Assembly (NCBI GenBank): GCA_019120375.1
Contig: DWVE01000028.1
Location: 9,209-73,208 of the forward strand
Source: Candidatus Allofournierella excrementavium
GTDB taxonomy: Bacteria; Bacillota; Clostridia; Oscillospirales; Ruminococcaceae
DNA: 64,000 bases
Reading direction: 5' to 3'
In this document: positions 28,106-36,414 of the stretch, in pieces
Numbering within the stretch: the stretch's first letter is position 1
How the letters are laid out: each line of letters begins with the position of its first letter
Program-made: the position numbers and the translations under genes
Notes under the pieces: generated by a model
Told to the model about the DNA's origin: nothing
The model's database searches: none
The model's input: only the letters and a program-made list of their open reading frames with translations

Positions 28106-29454
28106 AAGGAACGGCAAAACAGGCGCTGGGCTATGGCGCCGGCGCGGTGGGCAAGGACATGGTCTACGCCCTGGTCTCGGGCTTCATTCTCTATTATTAC
28201 AACGACATCTTGGGCATCAGCGGCACCTTCACCGGCGTGATGATGATGGCCGCCCGGGTGTTCGACGCCTTCAACGACCCGCTGATGGGCGTGGTGGTGG
28301 AAAAGACCAACACCCCCTTCGGCAAGTTCCGGCCCTGGATCGTCACCGGCACGCTGACCAACGCCTTCATCCTTTACGGCATGTTCGCCATGCCCGCCTC
28401 GGTCACCGGCACCGCCATGCTGGTGTATGCCTCTGTGGCCTATGTGCTGTGGGGCGTGACCTATACCCTGATGGACATCCCCTTCTGGAGCATGATCCCC
28501 GCCATCACCTCCTCCGGCAAGGAGCGGGAGAACCTGTCGGTCATCGGGCGCACCTGCGCCGCCGTGGGTTACGCGGTGCCCACCGTCCTCACCATGCTGC
28601 TGGTGGTGCGGCTGGGCTCCGGCGAGCGGGAGGGCTTTGCCATCTTTGCCGCCGCCGTGGCCGTGGTGTTCGTTGCGGCCGAGCTGGTGTGCGTGGCGCT
28701 GGTGCGGGAAAAGCCCACCGAGCGCCAGAAGACCGCCACCGTGAAGGAGATGTTCTCCGCCCTCATCCACAACGACCAGGCCATGGTGGTGGTCGTGGGC
28801 ATCGTGGTGTTCAACGCTTCCCTCTACCTCACCACCCAACTGGCGGTCTACTTCTTCAAATACGACATCGGCAACAGCGATTTGTTCAGCCTGTTCGGCA
28901 CCGTGGGAGGCGTGGGCCAGATCCTGAGCATGGTCAGCCTGCCTTTGCTGCGCCGGCGCTGGGGCGGCAAGCAGATTTTGGCCGGGGCGCTGGGCGTGAC
29001 CATCGCCGGCTATCTGGCGCTCTTCGCTTTGAGCATGGCGGGGGTGCGGGCCGTGGCTCCGCTGGCCGCCACCGCCTTTGTCATCTACATCGGCTTTGGT
29101 CTTGCCACCGTGCTCACCACCGTCTTTCTGGCGGACACGGTGGACTACGGCGAGTACAAGACCGGCAGCCGCAACGAGAGCGTGGTGTTCAGCATGCAGA
29201 CCTTTGTGGTGAAGCTGGCCAGTGCGGTGAGCGTGCTCATCGCCGGCATCGGCATTGACCTCATCGGTCTGGACGACACCGCCGCCGTGCAGTCGGAGAG
29301 CACCCTGCTGGGCCTGCGCCTGCTGATGGTGGGGCTGCCGGTGCTGGGCCTTGTGTTCTCCATCCTCTACTTCATGAAGAAATACCGCCTCACCGAGGCC
29401 GAGACCGCACGCATCAGCGAGGCACTGCGCCAGAGAGAAGGGAGCAAGGGATGA
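28102..29454 (+). CDS. glycoside-pentoside-hexuronide (GPH):cation symporter, MFS
   Basis: 450 aa, 12 TM segments. N-terminal GYGAGAVGKDMVYALVSGFILYYY and DAFNDPLMG are typical of the MelB/GusB family. Confidence 0.88.
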   Translation: MKGTAKQALGYGAGAVGKDMVYALVSGFILYYYNDILGISGTFTGVMMMAARVFDAFNDPLMGVVVEKTNTPFGKFRPWIVTGTLTNAFILYGMFAMPASVTGTAMLVYASVAYVLWGVTYTLMDIPFWSMIPAITSSGKERENLSVIGRTCAAVGYAVPTVLTMLLVVRLGSGEREGFAIFAAAVAVVFVAAELVCVALVREKPTERQKTATVKEMFSALIHNDQAMVVVVGIVVFNASLYLTTQLAVYFFKYDIGNSDLFSLFGTVGGVGQILSMVSLPLLRRRWGGKQILAGALGVTIAGYLALFALSMAGVRAVAPLAATAFVIYIGFGLATVLTTVFLADTVDYGEYKTGSRNESVVFSMQTFVVKLASAVSVLIAGIGIDLIGLDDTAAVQSESTLLGLRLLMVGLPVLGLVFSILYFMKKYRLTEAETARISEALRQREGSKG

Positions 29455-31802
29455 TTTTTGAGAAAAGCGGGGTCTTCTGCATAGAGACCGAAGACACCGG
29501 CATGTACATCGCGCCCCGGGGCCCGCTGGCCGAGCAGCTGCACTACGGCCGCAAAATCGAGCCCTCCGCCGAAGCGCTGCGCCAGCCGCTGGCGGTGGCC
29601 TACGGTACCGACGTCATCTACGACAAGGCCTTTGACCCGGCGCTCTCGCTGCTGCACCTGGGGCTGGAAGTCTCCCCCACCGAGAAGGGCGACTTCCGCC
29701 GGGGCGCGCTGGCTCTGACGCTGGCAAACGGCAGCCCGGTGTGCGACCTGCGCTTTTCGGGCGGCGAGGTGCTGCCCGCGCCGCCCGAGGTCCCCGGCCT
29801 GCCCGCCGCCCGTGATGCGGGGCAGTGCCTTGTGCTGCGCTTTGAGAGCGGTGAGGGCATGGCGGCGGAACTTTTCTACATTCCCCTCGATGACTGCGAC
29901 GTCATCGTGCGCCAGACGCGGCTGACCAACTGCACCGGCGGGCCGGTGACCCTGCGGCGGGCCATGAGCTATCAGCTGGACCTGCCCCGGCAGGACCTTG
30001 CGCTCACCACTCTCACCGGGGCCTGGGCCCGGGAGTTCGAGCCCTGCACCGCCCCGGTGCGGCGGGGGCTGACCCAGTTTGGCAGCACGTCCGGCACCTC
30101 CGGCCACTACTGCAACCTCTTCTTCGCCCTCAGCGCCCCTGACGCAAACGAGCACACGGGGGAAATTTACGGCTTCAACCTGCTCTATTCCGGCAGCCAC
30201 GCCGCCAGCGTGGAGGCGGACAGCTACGGCTTCACCCGGGTGATGGCGGGCATCCAGCCGGAGGGCTTTTCCTGGACATTGGAGGACGGCGAAAGCTTCG
30301 TCACGCCTCAGGCGGCGCTCACCTTCAGCGCCGGGGGGCGCAACGGCCTGCGGCACAACATGCACCGCTTTGTGCGCCGCCACATCCTGCCGCCCCGCTG
30401 GAAGGACGCGCCCCGGCCGGTGCTGGTGAACAACTGGGAGGCCACCTACTTCGACTTCACCCCCCGCAAGCTGCGGGCGCTGGCGGCAAAGGCCGCAAGT
30501 CTCGGGGCGGAGCTGTTCGTGCTGGACGACGGCTGGTTCGGCCGCCGCACCGACGACACCAAGGGTCTGGGCGATTTTGACCCCAACCCCAAAAAGCTGC
30601 CCCATGGCCTTGAGGGCCTGGCCCGGGACCTTGCGGAAAAGGGCCTTGCCTTCGGCCTTTGGGTGGAGCCGGAGATGGTGAACGAGAACAGCGCACTCTA
30701 TGAGGCGCATCCGGACTGGGCGGTGGCCGCCCCCGGCGTTGCCCCCAGCCGCAGCCGCAACCAGCTGGTGCTGGACCTCTGCCGCGCCGAGGTGCGGGAC
30801 TACCTCATCGACCAGCTGAACGCCCTGCTGGACAGCGCCCCCATCCGCTACATCAAGTGGGACATGAACCGCCACCACACCGACCGGTTCAGCCCGGCGC
30901 TGGGCGAACAGGGGCGCTTTGCCCACGCCTGGACGCTGGGGCTCTATCAGGTGCTGGAGGCGGTGACCTCCGCTCACCCGGACGTGCTGTTCGAGGGCTG
31001 CGCCAGCGGCGGCAACCGCTTTGATCTGGGCATGCTTTACTACATGCCCCAGATCTGGCTCAGCGACGACACCGACGCCTGGGAGCGGTGCAAGATGCAG
31101 ACCTGGGCCAGCCTTGGCTACCCGCCGGGGGTGATGGGCTGCCATGTGAGCGCCGCGCCCAACCACCAGACCCTGCGCTTCACCCCGCTGGACAGCCGCT
31201 TTGACGTGGCGGCCTTCGGCCTTCTTGGCTACGAGATGGACCTGACCACCCTGAACGCCGCCCAGGAGAAGAGCGTGAAGGCGCAAATCGAGTTTTACAA
31301 GGCCCACCGGGACCTGTTCCAGCGCGGGCGGTTCTACTGCCTTGCCGCCCCCGAAGCGGAGAGGGGCGGCGCATGGATGGTGGTGTCGGAGGACCGGCGC
31401 GAAGCGGCGGTGCTGGAGATGACCGGCCTTGTGCGCCCCAACGCGCCGATGCCCGTTCTGCGGCTGGCGGGGCTGGGCGAAGCGCTCATCTATCAGGTGA
31501 GCGTGCGGCCCCAGAGCGTGGAGCTGGACTCCTTCCGCACCCTTCTGGGCCATGTGCTGCCGGTGAAGCCCAAAGCCGACGGGGTGCTGGTGCATCTGGC
31601 GGGGCAGGTGTATCAGCTGCCCTGCGAAACGGTGGACTTTGCCGCCGCGGGCAGCCTTCTGATGCACGCGGGGCTGCGCCTGCCCCAGCGTTTTTGCGGC
31701 ACCGGCTACACCGAGGGCGTGCGCCCCATGCCGGATTTTTCCGCCCGCATCTGGATGCTGGAGGCGCGGGAGGTTGCCGAGCCTGCGCCGGATATGATAT
31801 AG
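29451..31802 (+). CDS. alpha-galactosidase, GH36
   Basis: 783 aa. Motifs LFVLDDGWFG.R.DD..GLGD, YIKWDMNR and CASGGNRFD. Confidence 0.9.
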   Translation: MIFEKSGVFCIETEDTGMYIAPRGPLAEQLHYGRKIEPSAEALRQPLAVAYGTDVIYDKAFDPALSLLHLGLEVSPTEKGDFRRGALALTLANGSPVCDLRFSGGEVLPAPPEVPGLPAARDAGQCLVLRFESGEGMAAELFYIPLDDCDVIVRQTRLTNCTGGPVTLRRAMSYQLDLPRQDLALTTLTGAWAREFEPCTAPVRRGLTQFGSTSGTSGHYCNLFFALSAPDANEHTGEIYGFNLLYSGSHAASVEADSYGFTRVMAGIQPEGFSWTLEDGESFVTPQAALTFSAGGRNGLRHNMHRFVRRHILPPRWKDAPRPVLVNNWEATYFDFTPRKLRALAAKAASLGAELFVLDDGWFGRRTDDTKGLGDFDPNPKKLPHGLEGLARDLAEKGLAFGLWVEPEMVNENSALYEAHPDWAVAAPGVAPSRSRNQLVLDLCRAEVRDYLIDQLNALLDSAPIRYIKWDMNRHHTDRFSPALGEQGRFAHAWTLGLYQVLEAVTSAHPDVLFEGCASGGNRFDLGMLYYMPQIWLSDDTDAWERCKMQTWASLGYPPGVMGCHVSAAPNHQTLRFTPLDSRFDVAAFGLLGYEMDLTTLNAAQEKSVKAQIEFYKAHRDLFQRGRFYCLAAPEAERGGAWMVVSEDRREAAVLEMTGLVRPNAPMPVLRLAGLGEALIYQVSVRPQSVELDSFRTLLGHVLPVKPKADGVLVHLAGQVYQLPCETVDFAAAGSLLMHAGLRLPQRFCGTGYTEGVRPMPDFSARIWMLEAREVAEPAPDMI

Positions 31803-31839
31803 TGAGGTCAGAAAGACCGCCTGCAAAGGAGGGCGCACC

Positions 31840-33417
31840 ATGACCCCGAACGATTTGAAAGAGAGCGGACTGCGGCTTTTGGAAAAAAGCCGCAAGGGCC
31901 TTGTGCACGCGCTGTTCAGCCGGCTGGGCCTGTTTTTGGTCCTGCTGGTGATGGAAGTGCTGCTTTTGCTCAGCGCCTTCCGCTGGTTTGCCCGGCTGCT
32001 GCCCCACTTCATCGGCGGCGCGGCGCTGTTCTCGGCGGTGATGGTGCTGTACCTTCTCAACACCCGCATGGACGCCACCGCCAAGATCACCTGGCTGGTC
32101 ATCATCATGGCCGCGCCCGGCGCAGGGGCGCTTTTGTTCTGGCTGGTGCGCAGCGACCTGGGGCACCGGGCGGAAAAGGCCCGGGTGGCCGAGCTGATAG
32201 ACCTCACCCGCGGCACCCTGCCCCCGCAGCCCGAAGCCCTTGCCGCCCTGGAAAAAGAGGACCCCGGCGCGGCGGCGCTGGCCCGGTACGTTGACGGAAA
32301 CGGCTGTCACCCGGTGTATCAGAACACCGAGGTGACCTATTTTGCCCTGGGCGAGGAAAAGTGGGAGCGGTTGCTGGTCGAACTGGAACAGGCCGAAAAA
32401 TTCATTTTTATGGAGTACTTCATCATCGACGAGGGCGTGATGTGGGGCCGCGTTCTGGAAATCCTGGCCCGCAAGGCAAAAGCGGGCGTGGACGTGCGGG
32501 TGATGTACGACGGCACCTGCGAGTTTTCCACTCTGCCCCATGACTATCCCCGGCGGCTGGCGAAACTGGGCATAAAATGCAAGGCTTTCGCGCCGGTGGT
32601 GCCGCTGGTGTCCACCCATTACAACTACCGGGACCACCGCAAGATTTTGGTCATCGACGGTCACACCGCCTTCAACGGCGGGGTGAATCTGGCGGACGAG
32701 TACATCAACCGCATTGAAAAGTACGGTCACTGGAAGGACACCGCCGTGATGCTCAAGGGCGAGGCGGCGCGCAGCTTCACGCTGATGTTTTTGCAGATGT
32801 GGAACGTGACCGAACAGCCGCCCAAGTTCGGGGAGTTCTGTGCCGCGCCGGTGCCGCCGGTGAGCGCGCCGGGCTTTGTGATGCCCTTCGGAGACTGCCC
32901 GCTGGACGAGGACAAGGTGGGCGAGCAGGTCTACATGGACATCCTCAACCGGGCCACCAAATACGTGCACATCATGTCCCCTTATCTGATTTTGGACGGC
33001 GAGCTTCAGAACGCGCTGGAATTCGCCGCCCGCCGGGGCGTGGACGTGCGGCTCATCCTGCCCGGCGTGCCGGACAAGACCTGCCCCTACGCGCTGGCCA
33101 AGACCCATTACGCAGCCCTGCTGGACGCGGGAGTGAAAATTTTTGAATACGACCCGGGCTTCGTGCACGCCAAGGTGTTCGTGGCCGACGGGCGGGAGGC
33201 GGTGGTGGGCACCATCAATCTGGACTACCGCAGCCTCTATCACCACTTCGAGTGCGCCACCTGGATGTACGGCGTTTCGTGCATCGGGGACATCGAGGCG
33301 GACTTTGAGGCCACCCAGGCGAAATGCCGCCGGGTGGAAAAGGGCATTATTTGGCAAAACGCCCGGCGGCTGCGGCTGCTGGGACCGGTGCTGAAGGTGA
33401 TCGCGCCCCTGATGTGA
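31840..33417 (+). CDS. cls: cardiolipin synthase
   Basis: 525 aa. N-terminal TM helices and two HKD motifs (HRKILVIDG...; HAKVFVADG). Confidence 0.9.
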   Translation: MTPNDLKESGLRLLEKSRKGLVHALFSRLGLFLVLLVMEVLLLLSAFRWFARLLPHFIGGAALFSAVMVLYLLNTRMDATAKITWLVIIMAAPGAGALLFWLVRSDLGHRAEKARVAELIDLTRGTLPPQPEALAALEKEDPGAAALARYVDGNGCHPVYQNTEVTYFALGEEKWERLLVELEQAEKFIFMEYFIIDEGVMWGRVLEILARKAKAGVDVRVMYDGTCEFSTLPHDYPRRLAKLGIKCKAFAPVVPLVSTHYNYRDHRKILVIDGHTAFNGGVNLADEYINRIEKYGHWKDTAVMLKGEAARSFTLMFLQMWNVTEQPPKFGEFCAAPVPPVSAPGFVMPFGDCPLDEDKVGEQVYMDILNRATKYVHIMSPYLILDGELQNALEFAARRGVDVRLILPGVPDKTCPYALAKTHYAALLDAGVKIFEYDPGFVHAKVFVADGREAVVGTINLDYRSLYHHFECATWMYGVSCIGDIEADFEATQAKCRRVEKGIIWQNARRLRLLGPVLKVIAPLM

Positions 33418-33426
33418 ATAAAAATG

Positions 33427-33461
33427 CCCGGCGGGCTTTTGACCCGCCGGGTGTTTTTGTT
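33427..33461. terminator. bidirectional terminator
   Basis: Stem CCCGGCGGG / CCCGCCGGG, loop CTTTTGA, flanked by an A-run and TGTTTTTGTT. Confidence 0.8.
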
Positions 33462-34752
33462 ATTTTGCAGAGGTGAACTGATAGGTCTGGACGGTGCTGT
33501 CGGTGGGATAGAAATAGAGCCAGTCCCCTGCTTTGAGCACGCCGCAGCTCACGGTGAAAGCCCCGCCCATCTCGACCTCAGACTCCATCAGGGCGATCTG
33601 CCGGCCGCTCTGGTCACAGATCTCCACGGGGGTGATGGGAACGATGCGCTCCTCGTCAATGTACCGCTCGCCGGTTTTTGCCCGGGCAAGGGCGCCGTCG
33701 GCCAGCACGTTCATCTCACCGTCGTAATGGCACAGCGCCCCGGTATCCTTTTCCTGCACATAGACGCTGCCGTCCGCCATCACGTCGGAGATATAGCTCA
33801 GGCTGTCCGGGACGGCCACCGAGCCGTTGGTGTTCAGGATGCCAAAGCCGCCCTCATCCTGAAAGACCGGGCGGGAACCGGCGGAAAGGCCAACGATCTT
33901 GCGGCCGTCGGTGCTCAGCTTCGCGCCGGTGCGGTCATAGGGCACGCCGCTCACGACCACGCCCTCTTCCCAGGTGGTGAAGTCCGGCATGGGGCAGTTG
34001 CCGAAACTGTAGGGCGCTTCTTCCAGCACCACCGAGCCGTCGGCGTTGTAAAGCACCGCGCCGCCGTCGCCGGACTCGTCCACGAAGTAGTAGCCGTTGC
34101 GCGGGTCGCACCAGCAGTTCTTGCCGCTGACGATCACCGAGCCGTCGGGCTTGATCACATCATAGTAGTAGATCCACTCGGAGCCCGCGTCGCCCTCCCG
34201 GGCGCCCCAGCCCAGCTGGCCCATGGGCGAGATATGGATGTAGGCCGGCTGCACCAGCACATTGCCGGAAAGGTCGCAATAGCCCCACAGGCCGTCCTTG
34301 TAAAAAGGCACGATGCCGCTTTCGGGGCAGGAGTAAAGTTCGCTGAGCTTTTCCACGTTCTGCTGCAGCGTGAACCCGTCGGTGGTCATCTGCTCCACGT
34401 CGATGTTGAAAATGTCCTCCCGGGGGATGGAATACAGCGGAGTATACTGGCCGTCCTCGCTCAGACAGCCGGCCTCGCCGTTCGCCCACACCCAGGCATA
34501 GCCGTTGGAAAACATGGTGAAGAGCTCATAGCTGCCCAGCGCGCTCTCGCGCTCGGTCAGCTCCAAAGCGCCCTGAGCCGCCGGGGCTGCGGTGGGCTCC
34601 GGCGTGGGCTGTGCCTCCTGGCTGGAAACAGCGGAGGAAGGCGTCTGGTCTTCCGGGACGGACGGAGATACCGTCTGCCCGCCGCAGCCGGCCAGCAGCG
34701 CGCAGGCCAGCGCCGCAGCAGCGCCCCGCGCCAAAAGTGCGTTCAGTTTCAT
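33460..34752 (-). CDS. WG-repeat lipoprotein
   Basis: Start trimmed to MKLNALLARGAAAALACALLAGCGG (lipobox LAGC; AGGAG RBS). 430 aa with repeated ..GLWGY.D..G.. type WG motifs. Confidence 0.75.
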   Translation of the reverse strand: MKLNALLARGAAAALACALLAGCGGQTVSPSVPEDQTPSSAVSSQEAQPTPEPTAAPAAQGALELTERESALGSYELFTMFSNGYAWVWANGEAGCLSEDGQYTPLYSIPREDIFNIDVEQMTTDGFTLQQNVEKLSELYSCPESGIVPFYKDGLWGYCDLSGNVLVQPAYIHISPMGQLGWGAREGDAGSEWIYYYDVIKPDGSVIVSGKNCWCDPRNGYYFVDESGDGGAVLYNADGSVVLEEAPYSFGNCPMPDFTTWEEGVVVSGVPYDRTGAKLSTDGRKIVGLSAGSRPVFQDEGGFGILNTNGSVAVPDSLSYISDVMADGSVYVQEKDTGALCHYDGEMNVLADGALARAKTGERYIDEERIVPITPVEICDQSGRQIALMESEVEMGGAFTVSCGVLKAGDWLYFYPTDSTVQTYQFTSAK

Positions 34753-34874
34753 GGTGATCCACTCCTGTTCAGATTGTTTTATCGCAGTAAAATGCAAATT
34801 CAATATAGCACTGCCCGCAGCCGATGTCAATAAAAATTTTATCATAATATAATTTTCTGCAGCAACAACCGCTC

Positions 34875-34903
34875 TTGACAAATCCACCGCCCGATGGTAT
34901 GGT
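34875..34903 (+). promoter_or_regulatory. promoter TTGACA-N17-TATGGT for the cysK leader
   Basis: Consensus -35 at 34875-34880, 17-nt spacer, -10 at 34898-34903. Confidence 0.55.
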
Positions 34904-34921
34904 ATCTGCAAGGTGATTTTT

Positions 34922-34978
34922 ATGAATCTTGTCTATCTTGTCTCTGTGAAAGAGAATATCTGTTGTTGTCGCTGTTGA
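34922..34978 (+). CDS. candidate Cys-rich leader peptide (18 aa, MNLVYLVSVKENICCCRC)
   Basis: AAGGTGA RBS at 34910-34916, ATG at 34922, TGA at 34976-34978. Four of the last five sense codons are Cys, all TGT. It lies upstream of the cysteine synthase gene and is below the ORF-track size cut-off. Confidence 0.55.
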   Translation: MNLVYLVSVKENICCCRC

Positions 34979-35138
34979 GGGACGGCTGCTTTTTCGCGTC
35001 GGGCCAGAAAGGCCTTTGAAGACGCGGCGGGCAGACGGCCCTGCTGGTGCTGTCTGCTGCCCCCTTCAACCGCGGCCCCGACGAAAAAGCAGGGCAAGGC
35101 CTCCGGGCTTTGCGCTTTTGTTGGCAGGACCCTTTTGC
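34979..35138 (+). promoter_or_regulatory. structured leader with mutually exclusive stems (candidate attenuator body)
   Basis: GGGACGGCTGC (34979-34989) pairs with GCAGACGGCCC (35031-35041), enclosing the hairpin CGCGTC...GACGCG (34995-35026). Competing stems: GGGCAGAC (35029-35036) / GTCTGCTGCCC (35052-35062), and CCCTGCT (35039-35045) / AGCAGGG (35088-35094). Confidence 0.45.
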
Positions 35139-35174
35139 AAGGCTGTGTGCGCAGGCACACAGCCTTTTTGTTTT
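35139..35174 (+). terminator. intrinsic terminator inside the cysK 5' leader
   Basis: 12-bp stem AAGGCTGTGTGC / GCACACAGCCTT, loop GCAG, then TTTGTTTT. It ends 39 nt before the cysK ATG. Confidence 0.8.
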
Positions 35175-35212
35175 GCCCGCCGCCAAACAACGAACACAAA
35201 AGGAGAACTGTT

Positions 35213-36202
35213 ATGAAAGCTTACGAAACTCTTTCCGGCAACACCCCGCTCATCCGCATCGACTACCGGCTGGACGGCCGCCCCGGCGCGGTGTATGCCA
35301 AGCTGGAGAGCTTCAATCTCTCCGGCAGCATCAAGGACCGGGTGGCCGCCCGCATCGTGGCCCGCGCCGAGGAGACCGGCGCGCTTGTGCCCGGCCAGCC
35401 CATCGTGGAGGTGACCAGCGGCAACACCGGCATCGCCTTCGCCGCCCTGGGGGCGCTCACCGGGCACCCGGTGCACATCTTCATGCCCGAGCGCATGAGC
35501 CGGGAGCGCCGGCAGTTACTGGAGATGTACGGCGCGCAGCTGCATCTGGTGAGCGACGCCGACGGGGGCTTTGAAGGGGCGCTGGCCCAGGCGCGGCAGG
35601 CCGCCGGGGAGCTGGGCGCATTTCAGCCCCTGCAGTTCGACAACGAGGAGAACGTGCTGGCCCACTTCCACACCACCGGCGCGGAACTGCTGGCCGCGCT
35701 GCCCGGCGTGAAGGCCTTTGCGGCGGGGGTGGGCACCGGCGGCACCCTGATGGGCGTGGCCCGCCGCCTGAAGCCCCGGGGCGCCTTCATCGCCGCGCTG
35801 GAGCCGGACGCCGCGCCCCTTCTGAGCGGCGGCGCCGTCACCGGCCCCCACAAGATCGAGGGCATCGGCGACGACTTCATCCCCTCCATCGTGGACCGCC
35901 GCCTCATCGACACGGTGCTGCCGGTGAACGACGACGACGCGGTGCTCATGGCCGCGCGCCTTGCAAAGGAACTGGGCCTGGGGGTGGGCATCTCCTCGGG
36001 GGCGAACCTGCTGGGCGCCATCGAGCTCACCCGCCGGGGCCTGGGGCCCGCCGCCACCGTTTTTGCCGACGACAACAAAAAATACCTCACCACGGCGCTG
36101 GCCTCCCCCGTCCCGGCCCGGGAGGGCTTTCTCTCCTCCCGGGTGGAGCTGCTGGGCTGGAGCCGGGCGGACGCGCCCCGACCCGTTTCTCTCGCCGTGT
36201 GA
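35213..36202 (+). CDS. cysK: cysteine synthase family PLP enzyme (CysK/CysM-like)
   Basis: Start trimmed to MKAYETLSGNTPLIRI (AGGAG RBS). 329 aa. PLP lysine SIKDR, TSGNTG loop, GVGTGGT, HKIEGIG. Confidence 0.88.
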   Translation: MKAYETLSGNTPLIRIDYRLDGRPGAVYAKLESFNLSGSIKDRVAARIVARAEETGALVPGQPIVEVTSGNTGIAFAALGALTGHPVHIFMPERMSRERRQLLEMYGAQLHLVSDADGGFEGALAQARQAAGELGAFQPLQFDNEENVLAHFHTTGAELLAALPGVKAFAAGVGTGGTLMGVARRLKPRGAFIAALEPDAAPLLSGGAVTGPHKIEGIGDDFIPSIVDRRLIDTVLPVNDDDAVLMAARLAKELGLGVGISSGANLLGAIELTRRGLGPAATVFADDNKKYLTTALASPVPAREGFLSSRVELLGWSRADAPRPVSLAV

Positions 36203-36218
36203 GTTTTCTGCCCGCTCA

Positions 36219-36254
36219 AAGCCGCGCAGCCTCGCCCGCCGCGCGGCTTTTTCT
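36219..36254 (+). terminator. intrinsic terminator after cysK
   Basis: Stem AAGCCGCGC / GCGCGGCTT, then TTTTCT. Confidence 0.6.
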
Positions 36255-36316
36255 CGTTCTTTTACACAACGTCGAAGGTCTTGCTGTGGCAAAAGCGCTG
36301 AAAATTTTCGCGGCAC

Positions 36317-36345
36317 TTGTAGTCATTTCGGCTATATGCTACAAT
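36317..36345 (+). promoter_or_regulatory. promoter TTGTAG-N17-TACAAT
   Basis: -35 at 36317-36322, -10 at 36340-36345, upstream of the ROK regulator gene. Confidence 0.5.
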
Positions 36346-36414
36346 TAAAAAGAATTAGTAAGGCCACCGGACAAATAATCTCACCCCCCGATCTTTTGAC
36401 CAAAGAAAGCAGGG

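Noticed and set aside
25919-28117. 732-aa minus-strand ORF (similar cases: 36355-38553 minus, 21483-23669 plus, 44629-46716 plus, 1531-2985 plus)
   Set aside because: Each is antisense to a motif-bearing gene (GH2, the ROK/isomerase genes, glmS, the GRE, the MATE pump). None has an RBS or recognisable domains.
29367-32216. 949-aa minus-strand ORF
   Set aside because: It is antisense to the GH36 alpha-galactosidase and the start of cls. Its Arg/Gly/Ala/Pro/His-rich sequence lacks domains. The plus-strand genes have clear catalytic motifs.
34905-35212. T-box or SAM-I riboswitch as the identity of the cysK leader
   Set aside because: There are some loose resemblances (GAGGGA, GGUGCU, ACCGCGG). 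However, there is no contiguous T-box (GGUGGUACCGCG), no specifier-loop architecture and no SAM-I P1/P2 core. The Cys-run leader ORF explains the region better. A cmscan is still needed.
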